The notes under the pieces: model-generated
Told to the model about the DNA's origin: nothing
Database searches by the model: none
Seen by the model: the letters and a program-made list of their open reading frames with translations, nothing else
Part shown: positions 37,593-53,932 of the stretch, one piece after another
How positions within the stretch are numbered: position 1 is the first letter of the stretch
Layout: the number at the start of each line of letters is the position of its first letter
DNA from: Octopus sinensis
Taxonomy: Eukaryota
Assembly (NCBI RefSeq): GCF_006345805.1
Contig: NC_042997.1
Coordinates: forward strand, 48,608,001 to 48,672,000
DNA length: 64,000 bases
Direction: 5' to 3'
Made by a program: the position numbers and the translations under genes

Positions 37593-37626
<34 letters not shown>

Positions 37627-37683
37627 TGCAAGAGAAAGAGATCGAGAAAGAGAGAAAGACGTTGTAGGAGAAATATGAATTAG

Positions 37684-37764
<81 letters not shown>

Positions 37765-38530
37765 TACAGACGCACACATATATATGCATGTTTGTGTGTA
37801 TCAGTTATATTTGAAGGAGTATTTCTGTACATAAATACTTTATATATGCACATATATAAATGTGTACGTGTGTGTGTTTTGTGTGCGTGTGTGTGTAGAA
37901 TGCATTGTTTGAAAATGATTATTAGATAGTAACTAACATTTATTTTCTCTTGACACTCAGTAACGAAAATCGCATTTTTGCTACTTTATCTATTCTCTCT
38001 TTGAGAAAATTCCTTCATTTCATTACTTTTTACTCCAGAGATTCATTAAGATAAACATTATTTCGATGGTTAATATATTCCGGAAGGTTGAATGACGCCA
38101 CATAAATTCTAAGCATAAAGAAATTCCGGTACACTTTGATACAGTATAATTTATTTTTGCATAATTTGGTGATTCTGTAGAGACAATCAGCTGCTTCCAT
38201 ACGAGTTTAATTAATTATGAGAAGAGAACCAGGTCATTCTCATCATTGATATCAGATTTCCAGTTTGAAGGCGTGTCAGAAAGACATTAAAAGCATAAGT
38301 TACATGGAGATGAAAGCGCACTCAAAAGTATACATTGATAAATACAAAGTTGCTTATGTTACGTATTAAAGTAACTTAATTTCAGTCCGCGTATTCTTCT
38401 CGATTTGTCATTTTCTCACACATGGACGAACGTACATTCATACAAGCAAACAGAAAATAACTTCACGCATCCATGTATATGTAAACTGTATTTATACCCG
38501 CACTGTATATATATATATATATTATATATA

Positions 38531-38934
38531 CTCTTTTACTTTTATACTTGTTTCAGTCATTTGACTGCGGCCATGCTGGAGCACCGCCTTTAATCGAGCA
38601 ACTCGACCCCGGGACTTATTCTTTTTGTAAGCCCAGTACTTATTCTATCGGTCTTTTTTTGCCGAACCGCTAAGTAACGGGGACATAAACACACCAGCAT
38701 CGGTTGTCAAGTAATGCTAGGGGGACAAACACAGACGCACACACGCATATATATATATATACATACATATATACGACGGGCTTCTTTCAGTTTCCGTCTA
38801 CCAAATCCACTCACAAGGGTTTGGTCGGCCCGAGGCTATAGTAGAAGACACTTGCCCAAGGTGCCACGCAGTGGAACTGAACCCAGAACCATGTGGTTGG
38901 TAAACAAGCTACTTACCACACAGCCACTCCTGCG

Positions 38935-38936
<2 letters not shown>
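38531..38936 (-). mobile_element. CORE/V-like tRNA SINE (same family as 4465)
   Basis: Near-identical to 4465-4909. Confidence 0.92.
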
Positions 38937-38974
<38 letters not shown>

Positions 38975-41681
38975 TAGCAATTTTACTTACATCACATTGC
39001 TCAAATTTAATAATTGATTAAGATGCGCACACATTCAGCATACACACATAGACACACACACAGATACATACACATATTCCTCCTACCACCCCAGTTTTCT
39101 TACTTTCTCTTTCGTTCTTCGCCCCTTATCCAGCTTTTCCTGATTCATCTGTTACGCTTTGTCCGACAATTTGAAGAACGGCAATTTTCGAAACGTCAAT
39201 GGTATTAATTCAAAGCCTTCTTTCAATTTTCAACTTATATCATTGATTGTGAATTTTCTTGTCTTTATCATTTTTGTTTTACTACAAGCCCCACAACCAC
39301 ATATATACAAGCAGTTGTTCGTGTGCATTTTTTTATAAAAGGAAACGTACTTTAACACACGCGATATTTGTACATCATACCAAGACATGCACACAAGAAT
39401 TTTAGTAGCAAATAACAGTCCAGAGCACATGGATATATTCGTTTGAGCGCAAATGTGTTTCGTTTCATGTCCGCGTGTCTCTTACTTTGATGATCAAAGT
39501 TGGTAATAGTTTGATGTGGAAGCACTGTTCTACATACACCCACACTCGTATACATATATACGCTTAACGTCCGGTTCACAATCATCATCGAACAAAACAA
39601 TGAAGCCCAGTGTGATTGCACAACATGCCAAAAATAGCAACCAATCTATTGATCTAGACCCTGCTATTTTTGAAATATGCGAAGGACATATTGGATAATT
39701 TATTCCCGGAGATTCCGATTTATGTTTAGCTATGCTGAACAACTATTTCTGTCCATTTTCCTCCAAGCATCAATTCAAATATATCACTTTACGATTATTT
39801 TCGTGTAATTTTCTTCGCTTGTTCAACACTAAACTCTCTCTCTATCTTAATCTTTTATAACTTCCGTTCTCTTCTATTCATATAATATTTATATTTTTAA
39901 AATTTATCAGTTGCCAAAACACGCACACTCACACCCTTTCTCTCTCTCCCTTTCTTTTTATCTATCTCTGTCTCTATCTCAATCTCTCTCTCTCTCTCAC
40001 ATACACACACGCACGCACGCGCGCACACATATACACACACACACACATGCAGATTTATCTATTAAAGCAGATTTATCTATGAGTCAAATGTAGATTTGTC
40101 TGTAAGTCTTCTAATTACCAGGTGAACGCGAAGCCGTTATGCGATCACTGGACGAGTTAGAAATAACCAGTTTTCGTTCGAATCTCAACTTACACGCGCA
40201 CACTCACACTCACGCAGTTCAAATGTTGCACCACAGGGTGTGGCACGTAACCGAATGGTTTACTTGCGATTGCTAAGTTAATTAATCGTTCTCCTTCTGG
40301 GAAACTTTAGCGTAAGAATTTATCGCTGAAGAGAAGACAAGTGAAGAGTCATAGGAGTGATTCCTGAAAATGGTGAACTAAATATTCTGACCATTTCAAC
40401 CGTATCATAGTTATTATATCATATTTTAACTTATATCATATTTTAACTATTCATAATAAGAAGTGTGGAGTATTGGAAACACTCTAATAAGTAAGAGTTT
40501 ATTGTTTCCAATTAAGAATAAAACCATTTCTATTCCATCCATATATTTTTTTTTCTTTATATATCGAGGTTTTGCTCTTTCGACTATGTTGTTTGTTTTT
40601 TTTAAATTTAATTTATGTCAAATTTAACTTCCCAATTTGCCGCGTTATAAATCGTGCATTGGTTTGATTTTAATAAAAACTATTACAATGCTTCAGCGGA
40701 TATGCCATGATGTTATTCTATAGAAGTATTTAAAAAGTATTTCTATTTAGACGACTCCAGAATTCCATTTTATTGATAGAAGTCCATTTCATTAAGCTTT
40801 ACAAGAAAAAAATGCCTGATTATGATTTATCACTTGAAGTATAACATTTATCCTTAGTATCGTTTCTAACCTACCGACTTCTAAATCATTGCATATCGAC
40901 TCACTCATTTTCTTAATTTAGTTCACTGCACTAAAGAGACTTTATTGCACTTTATTGCAGAAATTTGGTGAAAGAAGCCATAAGTTACTGTAATGGTTGG
41001 TGAAAAAAGTAACTATTATGAAGCAATTTATCTACTTAACTGCGTGCCATGTTCGTTAGGCAAAGCACGTACAAGTTGTCTTCCAGTCAATTTTCTATAT
41101 CATATTGCATTGCTAAAATATTTCTCTGTTTTTTACAAAAATACTCTCTTTATTTTTTATCAAAATGAATCTGTGTTATAGGAAGGCAAACGACACACAA
41201 ATATACACAAAGACAAAAAGTGGATAATGCAACAAGTACAATGATACCACAGCGAGAGAAGGAAATAATGGGAAAAAATCACTTAGATATCATTTTACGT
41301 AAGTTGAGCCAACCTAGAAAACTAAATATATATATTTAAACAGAGAGACAGATTGAGAAATGCTTCTTTAGCTTCGTCCTTGGCGAAGCTTTCAAAGATG
41401 TTCTCACAATATAATAACATTTAAAAAATAAGAAATATATTTGAAACAAACTAAATTGACACCTATAAGATATCAACGTTTCAGACGGACTTGATGAAGT
41501 GTTTTTCAAACGTTCACTTGTTTTTGTTGTTTACTTTGCAATCTCTTATTCACTGTTTTACCTTTGATTTTACTGCAGCTATCAATATCACATTTGAAAC
41601 AAAACTATACATTAAAAATAATAGATATATTTATAGCTGTACACCTGCATGCATGCGAGCATAGATGTATATGTATATATA

Positions 41682-42078
41682 TGGAAGCACTTGGATGGAA
41701 GCACTCCGTCGGTTACGACGACGAGTGTTTCAGTTGATCCGAATCAACGGAACAGCATGCTCGTGAAATTAACGTGTAAGTGGCTGAGCACTCCACAGAC
41801 ACGTGTACCCTTAACGTAGTTCTCGGGGATATTCGGCGTGACACAGAGAGTGACAAGGCCGGCCCTTTGAAATACAGGTACAACAGAAACAGGAAGAGAG
41901 AGTAATAGAAAGTTGTGGTGAAAGAGTACAGCAGGGATCACCACCATCCCCTGCCGGAGCCTCGTGGAGCTTTAGGTGTTTTCGCTCAATAAACACTCAC
42001 AACGCCCGGTCTGGGAATCGAAACCGCGATCCTATGACCACGAGTCGGCTGCCCTAACCACTGGGCCATTGCGCCTCC
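41682..42078 (-). mobile_element. Full-length tRNA SINE, tail type C (same as 35970)
   Basis: Reverse complement of ggaggcgcaatggcccagtggttagggcagccgactcgtggtc...gtaaccgacggagtgcttcca. Confidence 0.92.
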
Positions 42079-42110
42079 ACTTCATGTATATATATGTATA
42101 TGATATGATA

Positions 42111-42159
<49 letters not shown>

Positions 42160-42699
42160 TGTTTGGGTGTATGTGTGTGTGCGTTTAGGCATGTATATGT
42201 GTGTGAGAGATGAATTTAATGTGAATGCAAGCATGAACTGCTAAATGAAATTCACATTTACTGCATCACGTCCCCCAAAGCAACGAGAATTACGTCAACG
42301 AAACAGAAACAAAACTAACTGGTTGAGAGAGAGTGCACAAACAGCAAATTAAATATTAATATCTTAGAAATGTTCCTTGTAGGGAACATCTAGATAATTA
42401 TGCAAATGGAGAATATAAAATATTTCCTATGTTCAAATTAATGGACGAAAATGATCAACTAGAAGAAGGAGTAGAAGAATACTTTATAACAATTCTAAAT
42501 CCGAAATTATATCGGGAAACGGTCAACACGATGGAATTGGTGGCATAGTATAGAGTAGGAGATTTTATAATTGTACTCTTACTGTTAGTTGAACCCTTAA
42601 TTTAATTAAACTTAACAACCGCATGATGCTAATAGTATGAATGAAAACACTTTAACCAGTATCTGCACTAACGTTTAATATTTATACAGTATTATTAAT

Positions 42700-43830
42700 A
42701 ATCAATATTGATTTCAAATTTTGACACAAGGCCAGCAATTTCAGGGGAGGAGCTAAGTCGATTACATCGAACCACGTGCTCAACTGGTACTTATTTCCTC
42801 GAACACGAAAGGCTGAAAGGTAACCTCGACCTCGGCAGAATTTGAACTCAAATCGTAAAGGTGGACAAATGCCGCTAAGCATTTTGCCTGACGTGCTAAC
42901 GATTCTGTCTGTTCGCTGCCGTTCATTAGTTTTCAGTATTAAAGATAACTGAAAGGCAGTGAGTTGGCAGAATCGTTACCGCACTGGGCAAAATACTTGG
43001 CAGTATTTCTTTCGTTTTCACGTTCTGAGTTCAAATTCCGCCGAGGATGAATTTTCCTTTCATCCTCTCGAGGCCGAAAAATAAGTACCAGTTGAGCACT
43101 GGGGTGAATTTAATCAACTTAACCCCTTCCGCTAAGTTGCTGGCCTTCTGCCAAAACTGAAACCAATTCAGAAATCAAACCTGGGAAGGTGGCGAGCTGG
43201 CAGAATCGTTAGCAAGCTGGGCAAAATAGTTAGCGGCATTCCGTCCGTCTTTACCTTCTGAGTTCTAATTCAGCCGAGGTTGACTTCCTTTCATTCTTTT
43301 GGGATCGATACAATAAGTATCAGTAAAGTACAGTAGTCCCTCAAAATTGCTGGCCTTGTGAGCAATATTTGAAATCAATATTAAAGATGACTGTATGAAA
43401 TTATGAATATATAAAGTATCGAATAAGTAAAATAACTGATGTAGTGTTCTATGAAAAGTACTGTGTTGTAGTGTAAATAGTTATGGATTGATATTATATG
43501 TAATAATAATAATCTTTCTTAATATAGGTACAAGGACTAAAATTTTGTAGAGAGTGGGTTAGTAGGTTACATCTATGCCAGAGCTGAACTAGTAATTATT
43601 TTATCGATCCTAAAGAAATTTTAACACAGCATAGATTAATGGGACAAGGCCAGAAATTCGAACGGAAAGGGTAAGTCGATGTTATCCACCCCAGCGCTCC
43701 ACTTATATCATTTTATAGACCCCCACCAAAAAAAAAAGGTAAATTCGACTTCTGTAGAATTTGAACATATAACATAAAACTAGAAGCATTTGCACCGGAG
43801 TAAAAACAATTCTGCCAGCAGGCGACAGTC
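42700..43830. mobile_element. Cluster of four Meta-core SINE copies (minus, plus, plus, minus)
   Basis: Recurrent ctggtacttattt / gagttcaaattccgccgagg / ggcgagctggcagaatcgttagc motifs at about 42700, 42950, 43185 and 43550. Confidence 0.75.
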
Positions 43831-43901
43831 TTATGGTGAATGATAAAATAAGATTAGTAATACATGCAATAATAATAGAGCAGTTACACCAGCATTTATC
43901 C

Positions 43902-43940
<39 letters not shown>

Positions 43941-43953
43941 TGTTGTTGTTGTT

Positions 43954-43985
<32 letters not shown>

Positions 43986-44797
43986 TGTTGTAGTAGTAGT
44001 AGTAGTAGTAGTAAGTAGTAGTAGTAGTAGTAGTAGTAGTAGCAGTTGAAAGTTTGACAATACCAATAGTAACATTATTACTGAAATAGTAACGTTAATA
44101 GTATTTATGTTAGTATCATACTATGATCAATGTATTAGTTTTCTCCGTTATATTCGGTGCGAATTCCATAGATAAGTCTATCGTTGTGGTTGACGATCTG
44201 TGTTTGATATTGCTGTAATAGTAACTAACACCTCGAATGACGTTGGAAATATTAATGATGTTTATGATGGAGGTTCTTATAATTATTGTTATTTAAGAGA
44301 AAAGTGAATTTAATGATAGTGTTAAGGGATGCGATAAGTGTTATTCATTTACATCACAAATATTATCAAATCCTTTATCATTAACACTATTATCAAGCTG
44401 GCAGAATCGTTACCACATCGGGCAAAATTTCGTCCGCCTTCACACTCTTAGCTGAAATACCACCGAGGTCGACTTGGCCTTTCACCCTTTCGAAGTCGAT
44501 AAAATAAATACTAATTGAGTACTTGGGCCGAAGTAATCGAGTTACCCCCTCTCACGAAGTTGCTGGCCTTATGCTAAAATTTGAATTCATTGTTCTTGTT
44601 ATTATTGAGTAGTTTTATTTTTTATTATGTGCTTTCACTGCACTACTGAGTGCAGTCCTGTGTGCCTTGGGTACATGCTGTGGTTTGTTTTACTGTTGTT
44701 ATTTTTATTGTATTTAAAGTGCTTTGCCTAGGATGTGCACGCTGCCTAGCAATGCTATCATTTTTATTTTATATAAATATATATACGTATGTATGTG

Positions 44798-44829
<32 letters not shown>

Positions 44830-45186
44830 ACAAATTAAATAGAGAAGAGGTTCAAATGACAATCCAATAATTTATTATATGTACTATGAATATGATATAA
44901 CATGAAACAAAATCATTAAAAAACCAAATTAGCCAACAATTTGTTTCGACTTAAAATACACTATTTGATTTATAAACAATACGTATCTACTTATATCAGT
45001 CTCTTCAGTGGATTAATTCAGAATATTTTGAATCTTTCTAGTGCAAATTCTTGCAGTTACTGTAAAATACATAATTATATTAGTAATTTAATGTTAATTA
45101 CATATTACAAATTTGGTCTTCATTATACCAAATAATTATATGTATAAGTACATTGATTTAATTTATCAATTAATTGATGATGATGT

Positions 45187-45226
<40 letters not shown>

Positions 45227-45339
45227 AATAATAATAATAATAATAATAGTAATAATATTTAATTGACATGAGTATTCATGAGTATTCCTTGCGATCACAA
45301 TATATATTTCTTTACTTGTTTATATTTCTTTACTTTGCG

Positions 45340-45590
45340 ATCACAATATAACCGTGAAAGAATTTGACAAGATCAATAAATATAAAAACTTGCTAATAGA
45401 AATTGAAAAAAAACATGTGGCATCTCAAGACGACTACAGTACCAGTGATTGTAGGATCTCTAGGAATGATAAAAAAAAAGTCCTGAAACATATTTGAAAA
45501 TGATACCAGGCTTACCATCCCTACAGGAAGTGCAAAAATCGTGTTAACTAGAACGACTCATGTACTGAGAAGAGCATTATCGCTATGAAA
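45340..45590 (+). mobile_element. R4/Dong C-terminal fragment (same subfamily as 27895, opposite strand)
   Basis: KEFDKINKYKNLLIEI..MWHLKTTTVPVIVGSLGMI...LPSLQEVQK...LRRALSL*. Confidence 0.8.
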
Positions 45591-45639
45591 ACAACATCCA
45601 TTCATGAATTTATTTATTTATTAATTTTTTAAATACATA

Positions 45640-46253
<614 letters not shown>

Positions 46254-47149
46254 TCAATGAATGAATAGTTTTATTTGACTTTACTACCTGAATTTAATAA
46301 CCACAATAATAATTATTATAGTATTGTATTGTTTATAACGTTTTCTTATTACACCAATATAATTTTGTTACTTCCGAACAAATTACAAAATATGAATATA
46401 TACTATTTATAGTATATATCCAAAGTAATTAAATTTATCAAGGATCGGTACTCAATCCTTGCTTTTGTTTTTCTTTATTTTATTTACTGACTTCTCCCTT
46501 CCATAATAAACTAATATAGGGACAGTTACTGTGAATAATCCTTATTTAAGTAACTTCTGAAAAGCTAGTAATATTTTGATATCCATTATTATAGCTTAAC
46601 TCTTTATCTATGGGATCGTATAGGTTTTAGTTATAGTAGCTCTAAGTTTATGTTCATATTTATTATGGAATTATCCCTTCGATAAGTTAAGTAAATAAGG
46701 AACATTTTTGTTAGGTTTCTCTTTATATTTATTACGGAATTCTCACTGCGGCAAACTAAATAAGTAAAGGATATTTTTTGTTAGTTACTTTAAACAATTT
46801 TTTTACATCAATAACTTTAAATAACAGAGAAGAGTTGTTATATATTACCAATATAATAGTATATTATCATTTATATTTATTTACACATTTATTACAGTCT
46901 ATAGATTAAATAAAACCCTGATACTTAATTTATATACCTATATATTGTTGTTGTATATTATTATAATAGCCAAAGATTGTCTTCGACTTACATGAATTTT
47001 GATTTATATTATTTAAGATATATAGAAATATATTTCGATAGTTGTAGAATCTATTTACTTAATTATTTTCTCCTTTATAATTTTCTGGTTTTTTAATTGT
47101 AATTGTAGTGTAGTTGAAAAGTTAACGCTCACGCTTAGGCATTTGAATT

Positions 47150-48340
47150 AGTTTTTTACAATCCAGTAGTCCTTTCGAACGGAATTTCGTGTCTACAAAC
47201 CAAAGGTCTGAAGACACTTCTATAAGACTAAAGATATTGTTTATAAATCAAATGATGAAAAGTATGAAGACAGTAGTTTCCTTGGATTGTTACCCTTCAA
47301 ATGCGTATGGCTTTAGTTTTATACTTCCATCTTTAGACTTTATCTGCAGAGCTGTTTGCTGTTTATTCCTGATATATCTTATAAATGTCAACACTGTTGG
47401 CGCTACGTTGCTCATGACTAGTGATCCAAGAGTCGATATAAGGGGAATATTGTCAAAAACTTTCCAGTAATCGATGCAAGACCTGCTCAGGGTATTCTTT
47501 TTCTTTCAGCAATCTTCATTTATGGCTTTTTCAAATCAATAACTGATCTTTACAGGAAAGTGAACGTCTTCAGCATCATTTTTGCCTTTCTAGAAACAGA
47601 CTGTTATCTTCTAGACGCCTGTCTATTCTAGGGAATCCGTAGAAATTCTCCGACATCCAACGAATGTTCCCTCTTTTGTGAGCAATTCAGGATTTGACTC
47701 TGACTCTCTTAACATTTCATTGACTTGCTCTGCCAGCACTTTGTGTGTCCCTGTAAAATATATTAATCAGAAGTTAAGAATTTTGTCGTGCCCTGGTGCC
47801 TTTAAGTTATTTGATTTTCGCACTACTTGGATTTCCTTTTTTGTTGTTACTGGAGTCCAGAGTTTTTCAGATGCCGAGTTTCATGTTTTAGTTGATCTTT
47901 TCTGATGCATTTCCTTCGGCACCCATACTTATAAAAATGCTTCTACTTTTCGTGCAACTGGCACTGCATTGATTTCCATTTCATCTTTAACAGGTTTTTG
48001 GTAGAATCGTTTTGGATTTGAGTTAAATTGTTTGTTTTGTTCGAAGAATCTTTGATAAGTTTTATACCGACGGATTCTTTGTGCTTTAGCAAGGATATTT
48101 TGCTTTAGTTGTTCTTTTGCTTCAGGCACATCTTGTTTTGTCATTTATATTTCCGTAGTGTTTTTCTTCCTTGTTGTTTAATAAAGATTATGGGTTAATA
48201 ATTTCATTAAGGAATGACAGATCTTTTCTTTTATTTTCTATCTTTCTCCGGGTATTAGTTTTCAATGCCGTTTGTTTATGTTTTGATATTCCCATTTAGG
48301 TGGGGTTTGAATGGATATCCACTTTCCTTTGTAGTCGGAG
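47150..48340 (-). mobile_element. R4/Dong RT N-terminal half, decayed
   Basis: LKQNILAKAQRIRRYKTYQRFFEQNKQFNSNPKRFYQK and a downstream KDQLLI motif typical of R4/Dong RT. Confidence 0.8.
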
Positions 48341-50544
48341 AAACTACTGCATATATTAATATATTAGAGAACTAAGCCTTGTCGTTTTAAAGATTGCTCC
48401 TCTTGGGATTGTGTCTATAAGGGCCAAAATTAAAACTGTATACTTATTACACCAAACTACAAACTCATATACTTGCTAAATGTTCTCGCTATGCAAGCAG
48501 ACATATTTTGTCAGTATTCTTGTCAGAAGGATTAGCACAAACATGATAATAATACAGTTAGTTTCCATTATTATTGTTAGTACGCCGGACAAAATGCTTA
48601 GCGGTATTTCTTCTGACTTTAAGTACTGAATTCATATGCCACTGAGGTCGAATTCCACCAAGGTCGATATAACCTTTCATCCTTGCGACATCGATAATAT
48701 AGTCTATAAAATAAGTATCACTTGAGCCTTGGAGGTCGATGTTATCGACTTACCCTTCACCCGTAATTTCAGGCCTTTTGTCAAAGTTTGAAACTTATAT
48801 TGTTACTACTTTTAATATTAATATTTTAATACATTATTTCTATAAATGCTATTATCATTATCATTTATGTTATTAATATTTTTACTGTCATTATTATTTT
48901 ACTCAATCCATAAATACTGCTTATCACAATATTAACATTTATAATATACTATTTTGTTTTCACGCTATATTTTAAATCATATCACGTAGTAACTAGTATT
49001 TATAGTTTTATTTCTTTAGTTATTTACATATTTATATATTTATCATCATTATTGTTATTCAAATTATTATCGACATCGTTTGTATCCATGTCAGAATTAG
49101 CATAGATACTGTTTAAAATGTAGTTATAATGGCTGTTTATTGTTATGGATATTGTAGTTATGGGTAATTGAATTAAAGATATCATTAACAAATAATATAA
49201 AATTATAACAACCCCCACCATACACTACATAACAAATTCCATCGCCGGAATTGTTTCCAGACCATTAATAATCTATTCCTTCTTTAATTAATATTTTAGT
49301 CATCCACTCCTTAGGAAACTTATGATAGTAAGCGTTGTTATATCAATAGAAATTGATATATCAGTAAAAAATATCAAAATTTATGAACACATTTTGACTT
49401 CGTTCATTGAAAAAGAACAAAATATTAGTAAGACGTACGCAGCGATGTGGTATTTTACAGTACCATGTGAAGCCAGTTCGTGTCGCAACACGACTAGTAT
49501 CAAATATTTTTCTACTTAATTTTCTTATTTAGCTGTGAATAAAACTATAAGGGGTTCAAAATTTAGCTGAGGACGGCAGATATAGGGAAAATATGTTAAT
49601 GGATTACATAAACCGTAGCGCTTAGCTGGTACTTAATTTATCGACACCGAAAGGATGAATAGCAAAGTGTTTTGTCCGAATCGCTAATTACCCGGCCAGT
49701 AAATTGCAAGCTAGATTAAACTATCGCTGTGCCTGGCAGACAAGTATCCATCACTGAGGTTAATCAAAATGATATCAAAACCATGTGATCTGGTGGTATC
49801 TGATCTAAAATAGTAGGGGGTTCTCTTCCTACTTGCAATATACTTCGATTACGAAGTGCTCTGAATAATCACCTGAAGGGGTCGTTCTCCTGAGGTTAAA
49901 ATTATAGAACACCCACGTTTAGATGGCGATAAACCTTACTTCTCAGTATAAATAGTTTTCGTCTCTAATAGAGATTTTCTTAACGAGCTAGTTTGCTAAT
50001 ATTATTAAATAATTATTAGTTCTTTGTTAAGGCTTGTCCCCATGCGGCTAAAATCGGCGATTCAGTTTCTCGATTCAGATTTTCCATCTGTCAGCCATAA
50101 CCATTATTCCTATCTTACAATATTTTCAGTTTATTGCCTTCGATCGTCAAGTAGTACTATTTTCATATAATTGCCTCTTTGATCTGCTTGTATTCTCTTA
50201 ATATTTCAGTATTCTTAGCATATTTCTGAAACCAGACAATATTGTTGCTAAGTTGACACCAGGCAAAACGCATGGTGGCATTTCGATCGTCGTTACGTTC
50301 TAAGCACAAATTACTTCGAGGTCCCTTAAAACTTTCGTTCCTTTGAGGGTGATAAAATAAGTACCAGATAAACACTGGGGTGAATGTAATCGACTCACCC
50401 TTCCTCTGAAATTGCAGGTCTTGTACCAAACTTTGCAAATAATATTAAATTCTTTATATAAGGATTCCACAAACAAACGCAGAGCAATGAGAGCTTACAA
50501 AATCATTCATATTTTTATATAATTCGTAACTTTAAATTCAATAA

Positions 50545-51660
50545 AATATTTATCAAAATGTTGCCGGACTAATTCTGTAGCGCGCCCATAGATGGTTGCG
50601 TGTGCAGTGAGAGCGAGCATTGATCTTCATGAGGCAGCGTGCCGAGTGGCATCGCTATGTTTATTTCGCAAATAAAGTAGTTTGTGTTTCTGTGACCACG
50701 AGTAAGCTGTAGTCCGCGATTTTGTCGTGGACAGGACGTTGGGGTACGGGGTGAATGTGAAACTTTGCGTTAAACTTGAAAAGTCTTCTACAAAGCATTG
50801 AGCATGCTTCAGTAAGCTTACATTGACAACGCAACGGGTCGTGTGCACTGTTTCGAATGGCACGGGCGCTTCAAACGCGGAAGAACTTCCCTGGAAGACG
50901 ACGAACGATCTGGAAGACCTGCCAGGCGCATCACACCTGCAAATGTGGGGAGAATCCATTAGCTTCTGCATGGATATAATCAGAGGACAACTAACGACAT
51001 ATCTGACGTTGTTGATCTGACGTATTGAGTCCTTACAGTCAATTCTAACCAAAGAACATCGCGTCGAAGTCCCTCATCATTTCCATTATTGTACAGCTGA
51101 TGACCCCCTCCTTCATGGTGAATGTCACCACGAGTGACAAGAGTTGAATCTATGACCTCGACCCTGAGACGAACTAGCAGTCGTCACAATAGAGGACTCC
51201 TTCATCTCCACAACTGAAGGAGGCACGACAGAGCAACAGGTCAATCAAGAACATGCTCATCGTGTTTTTCCGACATCCGTGGTATTCTGCATCGAAAATT
51301 CGGACTCCAGTGTCAGACCCTCAATCGAGTGTTCTACTACGTCGTTTTGAAGCGTCTGAGAGAAGAAATTCGCGAAAGCGATCAGATGTAGGAAGAATAA
51401 ACAATTGGATTCTTTACGACAGCAATGCACTCTGTCACCAAGATCTCCTCACTCGTGAGTTTCTCGCTAAAAATGACATGGCATCGCTTCCACAACCGCC
51501 CAATTCTCCAGATTTAGCACCTTCGGACTTCCATCTCATCCCCAGGATGAAAAAGTTGGTCAAAGGTTGCCGTTTAAACATTGTTATCGAGATTTCACGT
51601 CGGATTCCAAAAGAGACCGGTGTATTGCTGCGTAGGTGACTATTCTGAAGGAGTTGATGT
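50545..51660 (+). mobile_element. Mariner transposase pseudogene
   Basis: FCVKLEKSS...CFEWHGRFKRGRTSLEDDERSGRP; MLIVFF; WILYDSNALCHQDLLTREFLAKNDMASLPQPPNSPDLAPSDFHLIPRMKK (YSPDLAPxD-type motif); multiple frameshifts. Confidence 0.9.
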
Positions 51661-52329
51661 TCAAACATAGGTTGTGTGGTTGTCTGTGTGTGTGTATTTG
51701 TGTGTGTAACTATATATAAATACATGCATATACGTATATGAATGGATGAATCCGTATACATGTAAATATGTATGTTTAGTGGTCTTGTGTATATAGTTAC
51801 ACAATTATAGAATGTATACATTTATTGGTGTTCAGTGCGTTCTTGAATCTTTTTCATTGGCTAAAATATGTCGACATATGTTACTCTTATAATAATATTT
51901 TTCATTACGAGACTCATGAAAAACATTGCAGCACCACTTTGTTTCATTGATATCAAACAGTTCATATATATATATATATTCTTTTTTTTCGGATTTGTTT
52001 TGCAAGATCCTGTACGTGAGCTGGTGTTAAATTATAAGGCACTAAAAGAGAATGATTCTTCCCAAACACAACGAATATATATATATATAGATATATATAC
52101 AGACATATATAGATATATTATATATATATATGATATATATATATATAATAAATATAGATATAGATAGATATATATACATACATATATATGTAAGTGTATA
52201 TAAATATATATATATATATATATAGGACACACATATTTATATACATATGTGTATGTATATATGTATGTATACATATATATTATATATATTATACATATAT
52301 ATAATTATATGGATATATATTATATATAT

Positions 52330-52360
<31 letters not shown>

Positions 52361-53295
52361 ACCACAATGAAAATTTAAATACATTCTCTAAAGGTATAAA
52401 TCCATCACTTATTTTCCTTTCCATTCTGCTATCTGATGCATTAAAAAATTTAAGAGAGACTATAGGCGTTTTTGATCTATAACAGAATATATTCGTTGTA
52501 ACAAACACAAGTAAATACCAGTATTACTTTTTGTTTACACATAAACACACACACACACACACACACATACACACACGCGCACACACACAAGAACACACAC
52601 ACACACATATAGATATATATAATATAATATTATATTATATATTATATTTCCAGTTAGTTCTGATGTAATACCACGTTACCTAGATGTTATCTATATGAGT
52701 CTAGTAGCACACCATCTTTCAAAAATCAATAGAAGTGAATTGGGTATCCAACATGTTAGTATTAGGCGGGTTCATTTTATATTCATAAATGTGTGTGCGC
52801 GTGCATATATATGTGTATGTGTGTGGGATAGTATGACAAAACTGCCTTCTCGGAACAAATTATTTACTTATGCCAACTTACACGTGTTTCAGAGAAGATA
52901 GTATCAGAATTATGCAGCCCAGGCCAGGTAGTGTTTCTAGCCCCTCACTTCGTCAGAGACTTTTACCGGTATAAATCTCTAATGAAGTAAAATTCGGGGA
53001 GGGGGGATTACTTGATTACTATTGCACGATTCAGACACTATTTTGATTGAAATACATGTAAGTTGACGCAGTCAATCAATTTATTAACCTACTCACGAGA
53101 TTGTTGTATTTATGTGTTCGTATGTGTGTGTGCACGAGCGCCACTGTGTGTCCGTGTGTGTTTACGAGTGAGTGTGTGTGTGTGAGTGTAGATAGATAGA
53201 TAGACAGATATGAATAAATACAATCATAGATACACGTATACATATATGTGATTGCGTGCGTGAGAGAGAGTGTGTGTGGGCACTTGTGTGTGTGG

Positions 53296-53560
53296 AGAGG
53301 CTCATGGTCCAGTGGTTAGGTTGTCGCAATGAAGGTCGTGGGAACGTAGGTTCGATTACAGGACCGGTCGATGCGTAGTATTTTTGAGCAAAACACAACA
53401 TCTCACAGTACACCCTGTCATCACTTCGACATCTGACGTGTAACACACAGTGCGGGCACCACTACAGGTAATTGCGATTTGGTGGAGGAAGTGAGCTAAT
53501 GGGCAGCAAGAGCATTTGATCATCATAAACAAATCATTTGTGCAGGTTGTTCTATGTGAT
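53296..53560 (+). mobile_element. Further tRNA-derived SINE family, decayed
   Basis: ggagaggctcatggtccagtggttagg (A box), ggttcgatt (B box), gagcaaaacac body. Confidence 0.6.
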
Positions 53561-53634
53561 ATATATTGTGTGGTGCGTGTATGTATATATGTACTTGTAT
53601 ATTGTATATACACATATGTATATATATGCATAAT

Positions 53635-53666
<32 letters not shown>

Positions 53667-53738
53667 ATATAATGGTATATATATATATACATATATATAT
53701 ATTATTATATATGTATTATAATATATATATATATATAC

Positions 53739-53788
<50 letters not shown>

Positions 53789-53932
53789 CAAATTCAATTG
53801 AGGCTAAATTAGCCTCATTAAGTGATGGTATCATCCATTGAATTACCGGTGCAATACCTAATATTTATTGTCAATAATAATATTCGTAAAATAATGGCTT
53901 TGTATATAAATAATGGTTTCCAATCATTCAAA

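Noticed and set aside
39530-39742. Minus ORF with SIDWLLFLACCAITLGFIVLF, resembling a nAChR M4 helix
   Set aside because: Isolated hydrophobic stretch with no supporting upstream exons or convincing acceptor; chance-level similarity.
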